Positions 29,503 through 40,676 are shown, counted from the stretch's first letter. The stretch: 64,000 nucleotides of DNA from Gemmatimonadales bacterium (GCA_037189525.1 JBBCJC010000005.1:1125701-1189700); one strand, 5' to 3'. Notes: generated by a model not told the origin, from the sequence alone. Made by a program: numbers and translations.

Positions 29503-30420
29503 GTGCACTCAATCGAGTGGGTTCTCTTTGCGGCCGTCGCCTTTTCACTGCTGGCGGCCGATCTCTTCATCGTGCACCGGAAGGCGCGAGTCCTTTCGAT
29601 GCGCGAGGCATCCCGATGGACTGCCGTCGTCGTCTCGACGGCGCTCCTCTTCGGGCTGATCGTCCTCTGGCGGAGCGGGCCGACGTCGGCGCTCGAGTAT
29701 TACGCCGGGTACCTGGTCGAGCTGTCGTTGTCGGTCGACAACCTGTTCGTCTTCATCCTGATCTTCCAGTACTTCGCCGTGCCCCCGATTGCGCACTCGA
29801 AGGTGCTCAACTGGGGCGTGTTCGGCGCGGCCGCCATGCGCGGCATCATGATCGTGGTGGGCACGGCCGTCCTGGGCCGCTTCGACTGGCTCTTCATCGT
29901 GCTGGGCGTGATCCTGCTGTTTACGGCGGCCCGGATGTTCAAGGAGCAGGAAGACGAAATCGAGCCGGAAAAGAATCCGCTCGTGAAGCTCGCCAAGCGC
30001 CTGGTGCCGATGACGCCCAACTACGAGGGGGCGCGGTTCTTCGTCAAAACGCCGACCGGCTGGCTGGCCACGCCGCTTTTCGTCGTCGTGCTGGTGATCG
30101 AGTGGACGGACGTCGTCTTTGCCATCGACAGCATTCCGGCCATCCTGTCGATCACGCGCGATCCGTTCATCGTGTATACCTCGAACATCTTCGCGATCCT
30201 GGGCCTCCGCGCCATGTTCTTCGTGATCCAGGACGCTCTCCAGCAGTTCAAATATCTCAAGCCCGGCGTCGGCCTCATTCTGGCATTCGTCGGCCTCAAG
30301 ATGATCTTCATCAAGTGGTTCCATCTGCCGGTCGCGATTTCGCTCGGCTTCATTCTGACGGTGCTGACGGGATCGATCGCGATGTCGGTCATCAAATCCC
30401 GCCGAACGCCGGCCGTTTAA
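29503..30420 (+). CDS. terC: TerC/Alx-family metal homeostasis membrane protein
   Basis: ELSLSVDNLFVF, EWTDVVFAIDSIPAI, SNIFAILGLR. Confidence 0.93.
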   Translation: MHSIEWVLFAAVAFSLLAADLFIVHRKARVLSMREASRWTAVVVSTALLFGLIVLWRSGPTSALEYYAGYLVELSLSVDNLFVFILIFQYFAVPPIAHSKVLNWGVFGAAAMRGIMIVVGTAVLGRFDWLFIVLGVILLFTAARMFKEQEDEIEPEKNPLVKLAKRLVPMTPNYEGARFFVKTPTGWLATPLFVVVLVIEWTDVVFAIDSIPAILSITRDPFIVYTSNIFAILGLRAMFFVIQDALQQFKYLKPGVGLILAFVGLKMIFIKWFHLPVAISLGFILTVLTGSIAMSVIKSRRTPAV

Positions 30421-30432
30421 TCTCGGCCCGAG

Positions 30433-30457
30433 GGGTGGGGGCGCCATGCCCCCACCC
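30433..30457 (+). terminator. GC-rich hairpin after terC (probable terminator)
   Basis: GGGTGGGGGC-GCCAT-GCCCCCACCC; weak U tract. Confidence 0.45.
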
Positions 30458-30506
30458 ATTCCCACCTAGCGCAGTCGCCTTTCGGCGCACCCCGAAGCCA
30501 GCCTCG

Positions 30507-30522
30507 TGTGATATAGATCACT
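30507..30522. promoter_or_regulatory. CRP/FNR-family-like binding site
   Basis: TGTGA-TATAGA-TCACT, a 9/10 match to TGTGA-N6-TCACA. Confidence 0.45.
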
Positions 30523-30700
30523 GACCCCGGCGTGTCGGACCGACAACGCGCGGCGCCGGGCCGGTGTGTCGATCCGTCACGTAGGCATTCGGGGGGTCGC
30601 CGTAAGCCGTTGTTCCGCATGGAGTAACGAGTGCACCGCTGGGAGGCACGACCATTGCCCTGAGGATTTCCGTCCTGAGAGAGGGTGGAACCAGGTGCGG

Positions 30701-31939
30701 ATGCGAGCGTTCTGGCTGGGGTTGGGGCTGCTGCTCCAGGGGTGCGAATCGGCAACCGGCGTGGATCCGGTGACCGAACCGCCCTTGCTGCAACAGCTGC
30801 CTCGCACACTCTCGTCCGACGAGTTGGCCGCGATCCGCGCCAACAACACCTTCGCCTTCACGCTCCTCGACAGGGTGGTCGAGTCGGAAGGCGATGCGAA
30901 CGTCTTCGTATCACCCCTGTCGGTGTCGCTTGCAGTCGGAATGGTGATGAACGGCGCCCGCGGCGAGACCCGCGACAGTATGGCCCAGACGCTCGGGTTC
31001 GGCACCCTCCCCCAAGCTGCGATCAACGCCAGTTACCGTGATCTGATCACGCTGCTCCAGGGGCTCGACGATCGAGTGCAGTTCACCATCGCCAACTCGA
31101 TCTGGACCGAGCAGACCTTTCCCGTCGCACCGAGCTTCCTGTCCGAGGCACGGAGCTTCTTCGACGCCGAGGCCCGGGCGCTCGACTTCCGCTCGGCGGA
31201 AGCGGTCCGGACCATCAACGGCTGGGTCAACGACAAGACCGGCGGCAAGATCCCGACCATTCTCGAATCCATCAGCCGAAACGAGATCCTCTTCGCGGTC
31301 AACGCGATCTACTTCAAGGGCGCCTGGCGGGCACAATTCCGCCCTGCCGATACGCGCCCGGCCACGTTCCACGCCCAGAGCGGCCGGCAGCAGACGGTGC
31401 CGTTCATGCACCGAGAGACCAAGACGCCTTATTACGCCGGGCCCGATTTCCAGGCGGTTGACCTCTGGTACGGTGCGGGTGCGCACACCATGACGGTGCT
31501 GCTCCCGAACGAGGGCACCACGGCCGATCAGCTGGCGGCACGGCTCACGTCTGCGGAGTTCCAGGAGATCGCGCAACGGCTCGCTGTAATCGACGTGGAG
31601 CTCGCCTTTCCGAAGCTCCGCCTCGAGTACAAGCGCTCGTTGAACGATGACCTGAGCGCGCTCGGCATGGGTATCGCTTTCACCCGGCGCGCGGACCTGA
31701 GCGGCATCTCCACGGCTGCGGATCTTCACATCACGCGGGTCGACCACAAGACCTTCGTCGAGATCAACGAGGAGGGCACCGAGGCCGCCGCGGCCACGTC
31801 GGTCGGCGCCGGCGTCGTCAGTGTTCCGCAACGCGCGACAGTGAACGTGAACCGCCCCTTCCTCTTCGCGATCCGCGAGCGGCTCTCGGGTACGGTGCTC
31901 TTCCTGGGCAGGATCACTTCGATCCCTGGTGCGTCATGA
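30701..31939 (+). CDS. Serpin, predicted lipoprotein
   Basis: Lipobox LLQGC; NVFVSPLS, INGWV..KT.G.I, NAIYFKGAW, hinge EEGTEAAAAT, VNRPFLFAIRE..SG.VLFLG. Confidence 0.95.
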   Translation: MRAFWLGLGLLLQGCESATGVDPVTEPPLLQQLPRTLSSDELAAIRANNTFAFTLLDRVVESEGDANVFVSPLSVSLAVGMVMNGARGETRDSMAQTLGFGTLPQAAINASYRDLITLLQGLDDRVQFTIANSIWTEQTFPVAPSFLSEARSFFDAEARALDFRSAEAVRTINGWVNDKTGGKIPTILESISRNEILFAVNAIYFKGAWRAQFRPADTRPATFHAQSGRQQTVPFMHRETKTPYYAGPDFQAVDLWYGAGAHTMTVLLPNEGTTADQLAARLTSAEFQEIAQRLAVIDVELAFPKLRLEYKRSLNDDLSALGMGIAFTRRADLSGISTAADLHITRVDHKTFVEINEEGTEAAAATSVGAGVVSVPQRATVNVNRPFLFAIRERLSGTVLFLGRITSIPGAS

Positions 31940-32388
31940 GGCTGCGCACCAGGTTGATCGCACTTGGCGCGGTGCTCGCGCTCTTGGGCGGCTGCGTCTT
32001 CGAGCCGGGGAGCCCCGCCTCGCGGTTGGCCGATGCCATGCAGCGATGGGACCGCGCCGGCATCCGCGACTACGAAGTCACCGTGAGCGTGATGTGTTTC
32101 TGCGGCTTTCCCGCGGGTTCGCCGGTCCGGGTGCGCGTCGAGGACGGCGTCGTGGTCTCCCGCACCTTCGTGGACAGCGGCGACCCCGTGCCGGCACAGT
32201 TCGCCGCGCGCTTCCCGGACGTTCCCGGGCTCTTCGTCGAGGTGCAGAAGGCATACGTCGAGGCCGACGAGGTCGAGGTGCGCTTCGATTCGGCGCTCGG
32301 GTTTCCGACGGTGATCGACGTCGACCGGACGCGCAACGCGGTCGACGATGAAGTGCGGTGGACCACTGAAGGGGTGCAACGACTGTAA
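31936..32388 (+). CDS. DUF6174-like lipoprotein
   Basis: Lipobox LLGGC; RW...GI.DY, CFC, FD..LGFP, AVDDE; ATGA-coupled to serpin. Confidence 0.75.
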   Translation: MRLRTRLIALGAVLALLGGCVFEPGSPASRLADAMQRWDRAGIRDYEVTVSVMCFCGFPAGSPVRVRVEDGVVVSRTFVDSGDPVPAQFAARFPDVPGLFVEVQKAYVEADEVEVRFDSALGFPTVIDVDRTRNAVDDEVRWTTEGVQRL

Positions 32389-32468
32389 GCGATGACACCG
32401 TTCTGGCGCTTGCCGGGCATAACCGATTCCGCCGACTCCTGCGGCGGCCCGCTGACTCGAGGATCACG

Positions 32469-33224
32469 ATGACGATGGCGACAACGAGCTACGGCAACAA
32501 CGGCGGCACGGCAACCCTGGCCACTTCGCTGCATCAGCGGATCCAGGAAGAACTCGAACACAAAATCATCGCCGGCAACTGGCTGCCCGGCCACCGGATT
32601 CCGTCCGAGCGCGAACTGACCGTGTACTACGGCTGTTCCCGGATGACCGTGAACAAGGCGCTGACCCGGCTGGCCAACGCGGGCCTGATCGAACGGAAGC
32701 GCAAAACCGGCAGCTTCGTCAAACGGCCGCACTCGCAAGCCGCCATCCTCGAGATCCACGATCTCAAGGCCGAAGTCAGCGCGTTAGGCATGAACTACGG
32801 CTACCGGGTCATCGATCGGGTCGCCCGCCCCGCCACGGCAGCCGACCGCCAGCACCTGGAACTCACCGGCGACTCCGCAGTACTCGAAGTGACCGGGCTG
32901 CACCTGGCCGCGGACCAGCCGTTCTGCCACGAACGGCGGGTGATCAACCTGGACGCCGTGCCGCGCGCCGCCGAGGAGAGCTTTGCGGAAATCTCACCCG
33001 GATCATGGCTGGTCAATCACGTCCCGTGGACCGAAGCGGAACACCGCATTCGGGCGGTCCCGGCGAGCGCGGAAATGGCGATCAAGCTCCAGATCCCCCG
33101 CGGCACGGCCTGCCTGGTGGTGGAACGACGGACCTGGCGCACCGACCATACCGTCACCCACGTCACCCTGACCTATCCCGGATCGGTTCACCAGCTGGTC
33201 GCGCGGTTCGCCCCATCGGCCTGA
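32469..33224 (+). CDS. hutC: Histidine utilization repressor (GntR HTH + UTRA)
   Basis: WLPGHRIPSEREL...CSRMTVNKAL; PWTEAEH; adjacent hut genes. Confidence 0.93.
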   Translation: MTMATTSYGNNGGTATLATSLHQRIQEELEHKIIAGNWLPGHRIPSERELTVYYGCSRMTVNKALTRLANAGLIERKRKTGSFVKRPHSQAAILEIHDLKAEVSALGMNYGYRVIDRVARPATAADRQHLELTGDSAVLEVTGLHLAADQPFCHERRVINLDAVPRAAEESFAEISPGSWLVNHVPWTEAEHRIRAVPASAEMAIKLQIPRGTACLVVERRTWRTDHTVTHVTLTYPGSVHQLVARFAPSA

Positions 33225-33253
33225 CCGACCCCGACTCCTCGCCCGATCATTCG

Positions 33254-33283
33254 AAGAAGGCCAGATGCAGATCTGGCCTTCTT
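33254..33283. terminator. Perfect 13-bp inverted repeat between hutC and hutI
   Basis: AAGAAGGCCAGAT-GCAG-ATCTGGCCTTCTT. Confidence 0.5.
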
Positions 33284-33296
33284 GCATGATGTCTCT

Positions 33297-33310
33297 TTGG
33301 TCTATACATA
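33297..33310. promoter_or_regulatory. Possible HutC operator
   Basis: TTGGTCTATACATA resembles the TGTA-N2-TACA/TGTCTATACA HutC box; upstream of hutI. Confidence 0.45.
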
Positions 33311-33370
33311 TCTCCGATCGAACCTCCGGAGTCCGCGTGTGATCCCGCCAGCCCCTCGCTCCGCCCAGCC

Positions 33371-34573
33371 GTGACCGGAACCCGGGTCTTCCGCAACGCC
33401 CGCATCGTCACGATGACCAGCGGGCTCGAGACGATCGAGAACGGCGCCCTGGTCGCGTCCGACGGGCTGATCCGATACGTCGGCGACGAAGCCGGACTGA
33501 CCGCCGAACTCGTCGGCCCCGATCCGGAGGAGATCGACTGCGGCGGCCGGCTGATTACCCCCGGCCTGATCGACTGCCATACCCATCTCGTCTTCGGCGG
33601 CGACCGCGCCGCGGAATTCGAAGCCCGGCTCGAAGGCGCCAGCTACGAAGAGACCGCCCGCCGGGGCGGGGGCATCGTCTCCACCGTCCGGGCCACGCGG
33701 GCAGCCACCGAAGACGAACTGACCGCGAGCGCGCTCCACCGGCTCGACCACCTGATCGCCGAGGGCGTCACCACCATCGAGATCAAGTCGGGCTACGGGC
33801 TCGAACTTGCCAGCGAACTCCGATCGCTCACGGCCGCACGGCGGCTCGGCCGGGAGCGGCCGATCACGGTCCGAACCACCTTCCTTGGTGCGCATACCGT
33901 TCCGCCCGAAGCGGCGGGCGACCGGGACGGGTACGTCGACCGGCTCTGCCGCGAGATGATCCCCGCCGTTGCGGCCGCCTCGCTCGCCGACGCGGTCGAC
34001 GGGTTCTGTGAAACGATCGCGTTCAGCCCCGCCGAGATCGCGCGGGTGTTCGACGCGGCCAAGGCGCACGGGTTGCCGGTCAAGCTCCACGCCGATCAGC
34101 TCTCCGACTCGGACGGCGCCGCGCTGGCCGCAAGCTACGGATCTCTCTCGGCCGATCATCTCGAGTACACCAGCGAAGCCGGCGCTGCGGCCCTGGCGGC
34201 CAGCGGCACCGTCGCGGCGATGCTCCCGGGCGCCTTCTACGCGCTGCGTGAAACGCAGGTACCGCCGATCGATGCGTTCCGCCGTCACGGCGTGCCTCTG
34301 GCCGTCGCCACGGACTGCAATCCCGGCACGTCGCCGCTGACCTCGATCCTGCTGGCCATGAATATGGCCGCTACGCTGTTTCGTCTCACCGTGACCGAAT
34401 GCTTGCTGGGCACGACACGTCACGCGGCGCGCGCGCTCGGCCTGGCCGATCGCGGTACGCTTGCACCGGGCCAGGTTTGCGATCTGGCCGTCTGGGATGT
34501 CGATCGTCCGGCCGAGTTGGTATACCGCATGGGATACAACCCGCTGTTCCGGCGGGTGTGGAGGGGTGTATGA
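33371..34573 (+). CDS. hutI: Imidazolonepropionase
   Basis: [35 protein letters not shown]. Confidence 0.96.
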   Translation: MTGTRVFRNARIVTMTSGLETIENGALVASDGLIRYVGDEAGLTAELVGPDPEEIDCGGRLITPGLIDCHTHLVFGGDRAAEFEARLEGASYEETARRGGGIVSTVRATRAATEDELTASALHRLDHLIAEGVTTIEIKSGYGLELASELRSLTAARRLGRERPITVRTTFLGAHTVPPEAAGDRDGYVDRLCREMIPAVAAASLADAVDGFCETIAFSPAEIARVFDAAKAHGLPVKLHADQLSDSDGAALAASYGSLSADHLEYTSEAGAAALAASGTVAAMLPGAFYALRETQVPPIDAFRRHGVPLAVATDCNPGTSPLTSILLAMNMAATLFRLTVTECLLGTTRHAARALGLADRGTLAPGQVCDLAVWDVDRPAELVYRMGYNPLFRRVWRGV

Positions 34574-36135
34574 ATCGTGAAACGACGCTGACGCTCGACC
34601 CCGGACGGGTCGGGCTCGACACCTGGCGCCGCATCTATCGCGGCGCGGGAGCCGTGGTCGGCGCGGGCGCCAAGCCGGCCGTCGATGCCGGCGCCAGGAC
34701 GATCGAAGCCATCGTCTCGAAGGGTAATCCCGTATACGGAGTCAACACCGGCTTCGGCAAACTGGCCAGCGTGCGCATCGACGCTGCCGACCTGGCGACC
34801 CTGCAGCGCAATCTGGTCCTGTCACACGCCGTCGGTGTGGGCGATCCGCTGCCGGTCCCGATCGTCCGTCTTATCATGGCCCTCAAGCTGGCCAGCCTGG
34901 CCCAGGGCGCATCGGGGGTCCGCTGGTCCACGCTCGAGCACCTCGGTACCTGCCTGGCGGCGGGACTCACACCGGTCATTCCCCACCAGGGCTCCGTCGG
35001 CGCCTCGGGCGACCTGGCCCCGCTTGCGCACCTTACGGCTGCGCTGATGGGCGTGGGCCATTTCGTGGTGCAGGGCCAGACCGTAGCGGCAGGTCAAGCG
35101 CTTACGACCGCGGGGCTCTCACCGCTGGTACTCGGGCCGAAAGAAGGGCTGGCGCTGCTCAACGGCACCCAGGTTTCGACCGGCCTGGCGCTGGCCGGGC
35201 TTTTTGAGGCCGAACGGGTATTCGAAGCGGCGCTCGTGACCGGGGCGCTTTCGACCGACGCAGCCAAGGGATCGGACGGGCCGTTCGACGACCGCATCCA
35301 CGTGCTGCGCCGCCATCACGGACAACGGGATGTGGCGCGCGCGCTCCGCAGCCTGATGGCGGGGTCGCCGATTCGGGCATCCCATCTCGTGGGCGATGCC
35401 CGGGTTCAGGATCCGTATTGTCTCCGCTGCCAGCCTCAGGTCATGGGCGCCTGCCTCGACCTGCTCCGCCAGACGGCGGCCACCCTGACCGATGAAGCCA
35501 ACGCCGTGTCGGACAACCCGCTCGTCTTTGCCGAGACGGGCGAGGTGATCTCCGGCGGGAACTTCCACGCCGAACCGGTAGCCTTTGCCGCGGATACGAT
35601 TGCCCTGGCGCTCTGCGAGATCGGCTCGATTGCCGAGCGGCGGACCGCCATGCTGATCGACCCGGCGCTATCCGGTCTACCCGCGTTTCTGACACCGGCG
35701 CCGGGTCTCAATTCGGGGTTCATGATGGCGCAGGTGACCGCCGCAGCCCTGGTCTCGGAAAACAAACAGCACGCACATCCGGCCAGCGTCGACTCGATCC
35801 CGACCTCGGCCAACCAGGAAGACCACGTCTCGATGGCAACCCACGGAGCCTATCGATTGCTTCGCATGACCGAGAATGCCGCGGCGGTCATCGGGATCGA
35901 ACTGATGATTGCCGCGCAGGGTTGCGATTTCCACGCGCCGCTCCGGTCGAGCGAGGCGCTGGAACGGGTCCGCGCCGTCTGCCGGCGGGTCATCCCCGTC
36001 CTGGCCGACGACCGCTACCTGGCACCCGATCTCTCCGCGGCAACCGAACTGGTGCGGTCCGGCGCGTTGGCCGACGCCGCGGGACCCGCACTGCTGCCGG
36101 GCGTGACCACCCGATCGAATGAGGAGACCGTATGA
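34570..36135 (+). CDS. hutH: Histidine ammonia-lyase
   Basis: [11 protein letters not shown]-forming [28 protein letters not shown]. Confidence 0.96.
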   Translation: MNRETTLTLDPGRVGLDTWRRIYRGAGAVVGAGAKPAVDAGARTIEAIVSKGNPVYGVNTGFGKLASVRIDAADLATLQRNLVLSHAVGVGDPLPVPIVRLIMALKLASLAQGASGVRWSTLEHLGTCLAAGLTPVIPHQGSVGASGDLAPLAHLTAALMGVGHFVVQGQTVAAGQALTTAGLSPLVLGPKEGLALLNGTQVSTGLALAGLFEAERVFEAALVTGALSTDAAKGSDGPFDDRIHVLRRHHGQRDVARALRSLMAGSPIRASHLVGDARVQDPYCLRCQPQVMGACLDLLRQTAATLTDEANAVSDNPLVFAETGEVISGGNFHAEPVAFAADTIALALCEIGSIAERRTAMLIDPALSGLPAFLTPAPGLNSGFMMAQVTAAALVSENKQHAHPASVDSIPTSANQEDHVSMATHGAYRLLRMTENAAAVIGIELMIAAQGCDFHAPLRSSEALERVRAVCRRVIPVLADDRYLAPDLSAATELVRSGALADAAGPALLPGVTTRSNEETV

Positions 36136-37805
36136 CCGTCACCGAACACACGATCGGAGCTCGCCAGGTCCGAAGCCCGCGGGGCTCGCAACGATCTGCC
36201 AAGAGCTGGCTGACCGAGGCTCCGCTCAGGATGCTGATGAACAACCTCGATCCGGACGTGGCCGAGCGTCCCGAGGACCTGGTCGTGTACGGCGGAATCG
36301 GGCGCGCGGCGAGAAACTGGGCCGCGTTCGACCAGATCGTCGATGCGCTACGTGCGCTCGAGGCCGATCAGACACTCCTGATTCAATCGGGGAAGCCGGT
36401 CGGGGTCTTCACCACCCACGCCGATGCGCCGCGCGTGCTCCTGGCCAATTCCAACCTGGTACCGCGGTGGGCCACCTGGGAACATTTCAACGAACTGGAT
36501 CGCAAGGGTCTCATGATGTACGGCCAGATGACGGCCGGCTCATGGATCTACATCGGGAGCCAGGGCATCGTCCAAGGCACCTACGAGACGTTCGTCGAAA
36601 TGGGCCGCCAGCACTACGGGGGTAACCTGCGCGGTCGCTGGATCCTGACGGCCGGCCTAGGCGGCATGGGTGGTGCGCAGCCGCTGGCGGCGACGATGGC
36701 GGGCGCGTCCTGCCTGGCCGTCGAGTGCCATCCGGCCCGGATTGCCTTCCGGCTGCGCACCAAGTATGTCGACGTCCAGGCCAAGGATCTGGACGACGCG
36801 CTCCGCATCATCGAGGACGCCAAGCGGACAGGCAAGCCCGTCTCCGTCGCGCTGCTCGGCAACGCGGCCGACGTCTTTCCCGAGCTGGTCCGGCGCGGTA
36901 TCCGACCCGATTGCGTTACGGATCAGACCTCGGCGCACGACCCCGTGAACGGCTACCTGCCGCAGGGCTGGACCCTGGGCGAGTGGGAAGCGCTGCGCGT
37001 CCACAACCCGACTGCCGTCGCGGCGGCGGCCAAGGCGTCGATGGCCGTGCAGGTGCGCGCCATGCTCGCCTTCCACGAAGCCGGGGTGCCCACGGTCGAC
37101 TACGGCAACAACATCCGGCAGATGGCGCTGGAAGAGGGCGTTACCAACGCGTTCGACTTCCCCGGTTTCGTCCCGGCCTACATCCGTCCGCTGTTCTGTC
37201 GCGGCGTCGGACCGTTCCGGTGGGTAGCGCTTTCCGGTAACCCGGAGGACATCTACAAAACCGACCAGCGCGTCAAAGAACTGCTCCCCGACGACCGGCA
37301 TCTGCACACCTGGCTCGACATGGCCCGCGAACGGATCACATTCCAGGGCCTACCCGCGCGGATCTGTTGGGTCGGCCTGGGCGATCGGCACCGGCTCGGA
37401 CTCGCCTTCAACGAGATGGTCGCTTCGGGCGAACTCGAGGCTCCGATCGTGATCGGGCGAGATCATCTCGATTCGGGATCGGTCGCTTCGCCCAACCGAG
37501 AGACGGAAGCCATGCAGGATGGTTCGGATGCCGTATCCGACTGGCCGCTGCTCAATGCATTGCTCAACACCGCGAGCGGAGCAACCTGGGTCTCACTACA
37601 TCATGGCGGCGGGGTCGGGATGGGGTTCTCGCAGCATGCGGGAGTCGTGATCGTGGCGGATGGCACTCCAGAGGCCGCAGCGCGACTCGGCCGGGTACTC
37701 TGGAACGATCCGGCCTCGGGGGTGATGCGGCACGCCGATGCCGGCTATCCGATTGCACTGGAGACGGCCCGCACCGCCGGGCTCACCTTACCGGGGATTC
37801 TCTAG
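36132..37805 (+). CDS. hutU: Urocanate hydratase
   Basis: [41 protein letters not shown]. Confidence 0.97.
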   Translation: MTVTEHTIGARQVRSPRGSQRSAKSWLTEAPLRMLMNNLDPDVAERPEDLVVYGGIGRAARNWAAFDQIVDALRALEADQTLLIQSGKPVGVFTTHADAPRVLLANSNLVPRWATWEHFNELDRKGLMMYGQMTAGSWIYIGSQGIVQGTYETFVEMGRQHYGGNLRGRWILTAGLGGMGGAQPLAATMAGASCLAVECHPARIAFRLRTKYVDVQAKDLDDALRIIEDAKRTGKPVSVALLGNAADVFPELVRRGIRPDCVTDQTSAHDPVNGYLPQGWTLGEWEALRVHNPTAVAAAAKASMAVQVRAMLAFHEAGVPTVDYGNNIRQMALEEGVTNAFDFPGFVPAYIRPLFCRGVGPFRWVALSGNPEDIYKTDQRVKELLPDDRHLHTWLDMARERITFQGLPARICWVGLGDRHRLGLAFNEMVASGELEAPIVIGRDHLDSGSVASPNRETEAMQDGSDAVSDWPLLNALLNTASGATWVSLHHGGGVGMGFSQHAGVVIVADGTPEAAARLGRVLWNDPASGVMRHADAGYPIALETARTAGLTLPGIL

Positions 37806-38968
37806 GTCAGCGGACCGACCACCCGGTTTCGCCCGCCGTCCTTGGCCTGAAAGAGCCGGCGGTCCGCCTCGGCGAGCAGGACCTCCGGGGCGCCTCCGTC
37901 GGCGGGCCAGGTGGCCACGCCGGCGCTCACCGTCACATGTGCCGGGCCATCGTCGCGCACCACCGGCAGCGGCTCGGCTCCGATCGACCGCCGGATCACA
38001 TCGATCCGATGAACTGCTTGCTCCGCAGGCGTATCCCGGAAGATGACAACGAATTCCTCACCGCCGTAGCGGGCCACCAGGTCACTCCGTCGCACCCCGT
38101 CCCGCAATAACTCCGCAACGCGACACAGCACCGCATCACCCACGGCATGTCCGTGGACATCGTTGAATCGCTTGAAGTGGTCGATGTCCACCATCACCAC
38201 CGACACCGGCGTCTCGGCGCGGCGCGCACGGGCAATCTCGTTGGCAAAGTAGTCGTCGAAGAAGCGGCGGTTGAAAATCCCGGTCAGCGGATCGGTGGTC
38301 ACCATCTCCCGCTGCCGCTGCATTTCCCGGACGATCAGCATGGCCAGCCCCGTCGCGGCTGCCAGCAAGACCAGGCGAGACAACTGATCGGTCCAGCGAA
38401 AGCGGCCGAAGTCGCTAACCAGGCCGGGCGCATCCAGATTGAAGACGCCCACCACCACGATCAGCAGGATCAGATACTGGCCGACCGCGGCAACCCCGGC
38501 AATGAGCGACAACCGCCAGTCGTAGCGGAGACAGGTGGCCGAGATCGCGATGAAGTACGTGTCGAACGTGGGCTTGCTGTTGGTCACCAGGTGCGGATCA
38601 CCGGTAAACGCGTAGGCCGTCAGCGCGCCGGTAATCAGGGTCACGTCGAGGAGGGTCGTCACCGGCGGAAGCCAGACCTGGCGCCGGTCGCGGGCCACGG
38701 CCCAGTACACGATGCCGGCCACGATCGATGCAAAGACGCCGATCCAGAGCGCCGCCATGTGCTGGTTGCGCTGCGCCGGCGACACGATGTTGACGTTGAT
38801 GGCCGGAATGCTGGTGAGCGCGAGGACCAGACCGAGGCGGATCTTCGCGATCAGCAGTTCACCGGCCTTGCCGGCGGTGCGCAGATATTCGTCGGGCGGC
38901 GCCCAGAAACGGCGAACCCGGCTCGACGGGCGCCGAGACGGCGCGGTGACAGCCGGGTTCAGGGACAT
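37802..38968 (-). CDS. Membrane-anchored diguanylate cyclase
   Basis: Several N-terminal TM helices; DPLTG..NRR, DIDHFK.FND..GH..GD, I-site RRSD and GGEEF. Confidence 0.92.
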   Translation of the reverse strand: MSLNPAVTAPSRRPSSRVRRFWAPPDEYLRTAGKAGELLIAKIRLGLVLALTSIPAINVNIVSPAQRNQHMAALWIGVFASIVAGIVYWAVARDRRQVWLPPVTTLLDVTLITGALTAYAFTGDPHLVTNSKPTFDTYFIAISATCLRYDWRLSLIAGVAAVGQYLILLIVVVGVFNLDAPGLVSDFGRFRWTDQLSRLVLLAAATGLAMLIVREMQRQREMVTTDPLTGIFNRRFFDDYFANEIARARRAETPVSVVMVDIDHFKRFNDVHGHAVGDAVLCRVAELLRDGVRRSDLVARYGGEEFVVIFRDTPAEQAVHRIDVIRRSIGAEPLPVVRDDGPAHVTVSAGVATWPADGGAPEVLLAEADRRLFQAKDGGRNRVVGPLT

Positions 38969-38987
38969 AGCAGAGTACAGGTTCCTC

Positions 38988-40631
38988 TTACATCACCCGG
39001 TATTTGGGACCGCTGCCGCCCTCACGCGGCGTCCACCGGGGGCCGACCACGTCGGTTGCTTTGCAATCGACGCAGTTGGGCGGATTGACCCTCAGTTCGT
39101 CGCCCACGCGCTCGTAGACACCGGCGGGACAGACATGACTGTAGAAATCCGCCACCTCGGGCGTGACGTCCTGCCCGACGATCAGGTGTGACGGAATGGT
39201 GTCCCGGGTGGCATTACCCGATTTGAAGACGGCGTCGACCTTGCTGAAGGTCAGCGTATTGTCCGGGACGAACGGCGTCGCCGCCGACACATCGCGCGGC
39301 TCCTCAGCGTCTTCCTCGCTGTGGATCTGTCCACCGGGGAGCGCGCCGCCAGTGGCCGTCAACAACAGATTCTTGATACCGCCGATGTAGAAACCCTGCT
39401 TGAAGGCCAGCCGCATGTTGCGGCGTTTCTTGAGGTCCGAGACGACATAGCTCTCGCGCAGCATTTTATCGTACGCACCGAGCGCCGAAGCGCCGGTATT
39501 GCCGGCCTTGAGCGCCTGGAACGCGGCGCGCGCGGCATAGATGCCGGACTGCATGGCGTAGTGAACGCCCTTGAGGCTCGCCACCTCGACCGTACCCAGG
39601 CAATCGCCGGCCATCAGCAAACCGTCGCCGGAAAAGCGATCCGGGAGCGCGTAGTAGCCGCCCTCCGGAATCGTCTTGGCGCCCCACTCGACCAGTTCGC
39701 CACCCTCCAGATACTGGCGGAACAGCGGGTGCAGCTTGGTGCGCTGGAGCAGTTCGTGGACATCGAGGTTGGCATCCCGCGCATCGAGCCCGACCACCAG
39801 CCCGATGGCGACCTGGCTTGGTCCCATCGGATACATGAAGGTGCCGCCGAATGCATCGCGCGGCAGCGGCCAGCCGAGAGTATGGATGATCCGATCGAGC
39901 GGCTTCTTGACGTCCCAGACTTCCTTGACGCCCAAGGCATAGATCTGGGGATTCGGTGAGGAGATGCCACGCCAGTTCCGCCACGCCTGCGCGAGCGGCC
40001 CCCGGGTGCCTTCGGTGAGCACCGTCACCTTGGCGGTCAGATCGGTCGGCTCTGCATAGCTGTCGCCCGGCTCGCCGTTGCGATCGAGTCCCGACGGCGC
40101 GGTCCGGACCCCGACCACGTTGGTGCCCTCGACCAGGAGCGAATCCACCGGGAACCCCGCGAAGATGTTGACCCCTTCGGCTTCGGCGCGCTCGCCCATC
40201 CAGCGTACCACTTCGCAGAGGGACGCCACGTAGTTGCCGTGATTCTTCATGGTGGGCGGGGTCGGGATCCGGACCGAGCCGGTCGATGTCATCAGGTAGA
40301 CCGCCTCGCCGGTCACCTCCTGGCGAAACGGCAGCTCACTGACCGGCACATCCGGAAACAACTCCCGGAAGGGAATCGGATTGACCACGGCGCCGGACAG
40401 GTTGTGCTCACCCAGGCTGCCGGCTTTTTCGAGCACGCCGATGTTGAGTTCGCCCAGGGATCCGTCGGCTTTGGCGAGCCGGGCCAGTTCGATGGCGCCC
40501 GCGAGTCCGGCCGGGCCGGCGCCCACGAACAGCACATCCATCTCGATGGCTTCCGCGCTCGGCGCATCGGCACGAATGAACCGATCGACCGGAAGGGCCG
40601 GCTGATACTTGATCGGCAGGATACGAGACAT
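38988..40631 (-). CDS. ETF:quinone oxidoreductase
   Basis: GAGPAGL, LSGAV, EGTRG, GVKEVW, IPEGG; C-terminal CPAGVYE...NCVDCK; WTPREGGSGP.Y. Confidence 0.93.
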   Translation of the reverse strand: MSRILPIKYQPALPVDRFIRADAPSAEAIEMDVLFVGAGPAGLAGAIELARLAKADGSLGELNIGVLEKAGSLGEHNLSGAVVNPIPFRELFPDVPVSELPFRQEVTGEAVYLMTSTGSVRIPTPPTMKNHGNYVASLCEVVRWMGERAEAEGVNIFAGFPVDSLLVEGTNVVGVRTAPSGLDRNGEPGDSYAEPTDLTAKVTVLTEGTRGPLAQAWRNWRGISSPNPQIYALGVKEVWDVKKPLDRIIHTLGWPLPRDAFGGTFMYPMGPSQVAIGLVVGLDARDANLDVHELLQRTKLHPLFRQYLEGGELVEWGAKTIPEGGYYALPDRFSGDGLLMAGDCLGTVEVASLKGVHYAMQSGIYAARAAFQALKAGNTGASALGAYDKMLRESYVVSDLKKRRNMRLAFKQGFYIGGIKNLLLTATGGALPGGQIHSEEDAEEPRDVSAATPFVPDNTLTFSKVDAVFKSGNATRDTIPSHLIVGQDVTPEVADFYSHVCPAGVYERVGDELRVNPPNCVDCKATDVVGPRWTPREGGSGPKYRVM

Positions 40632-40676
40632 GAAGGCCATCCTCACGTGGATCGGTGCGGACGGGATGTGACCCGT

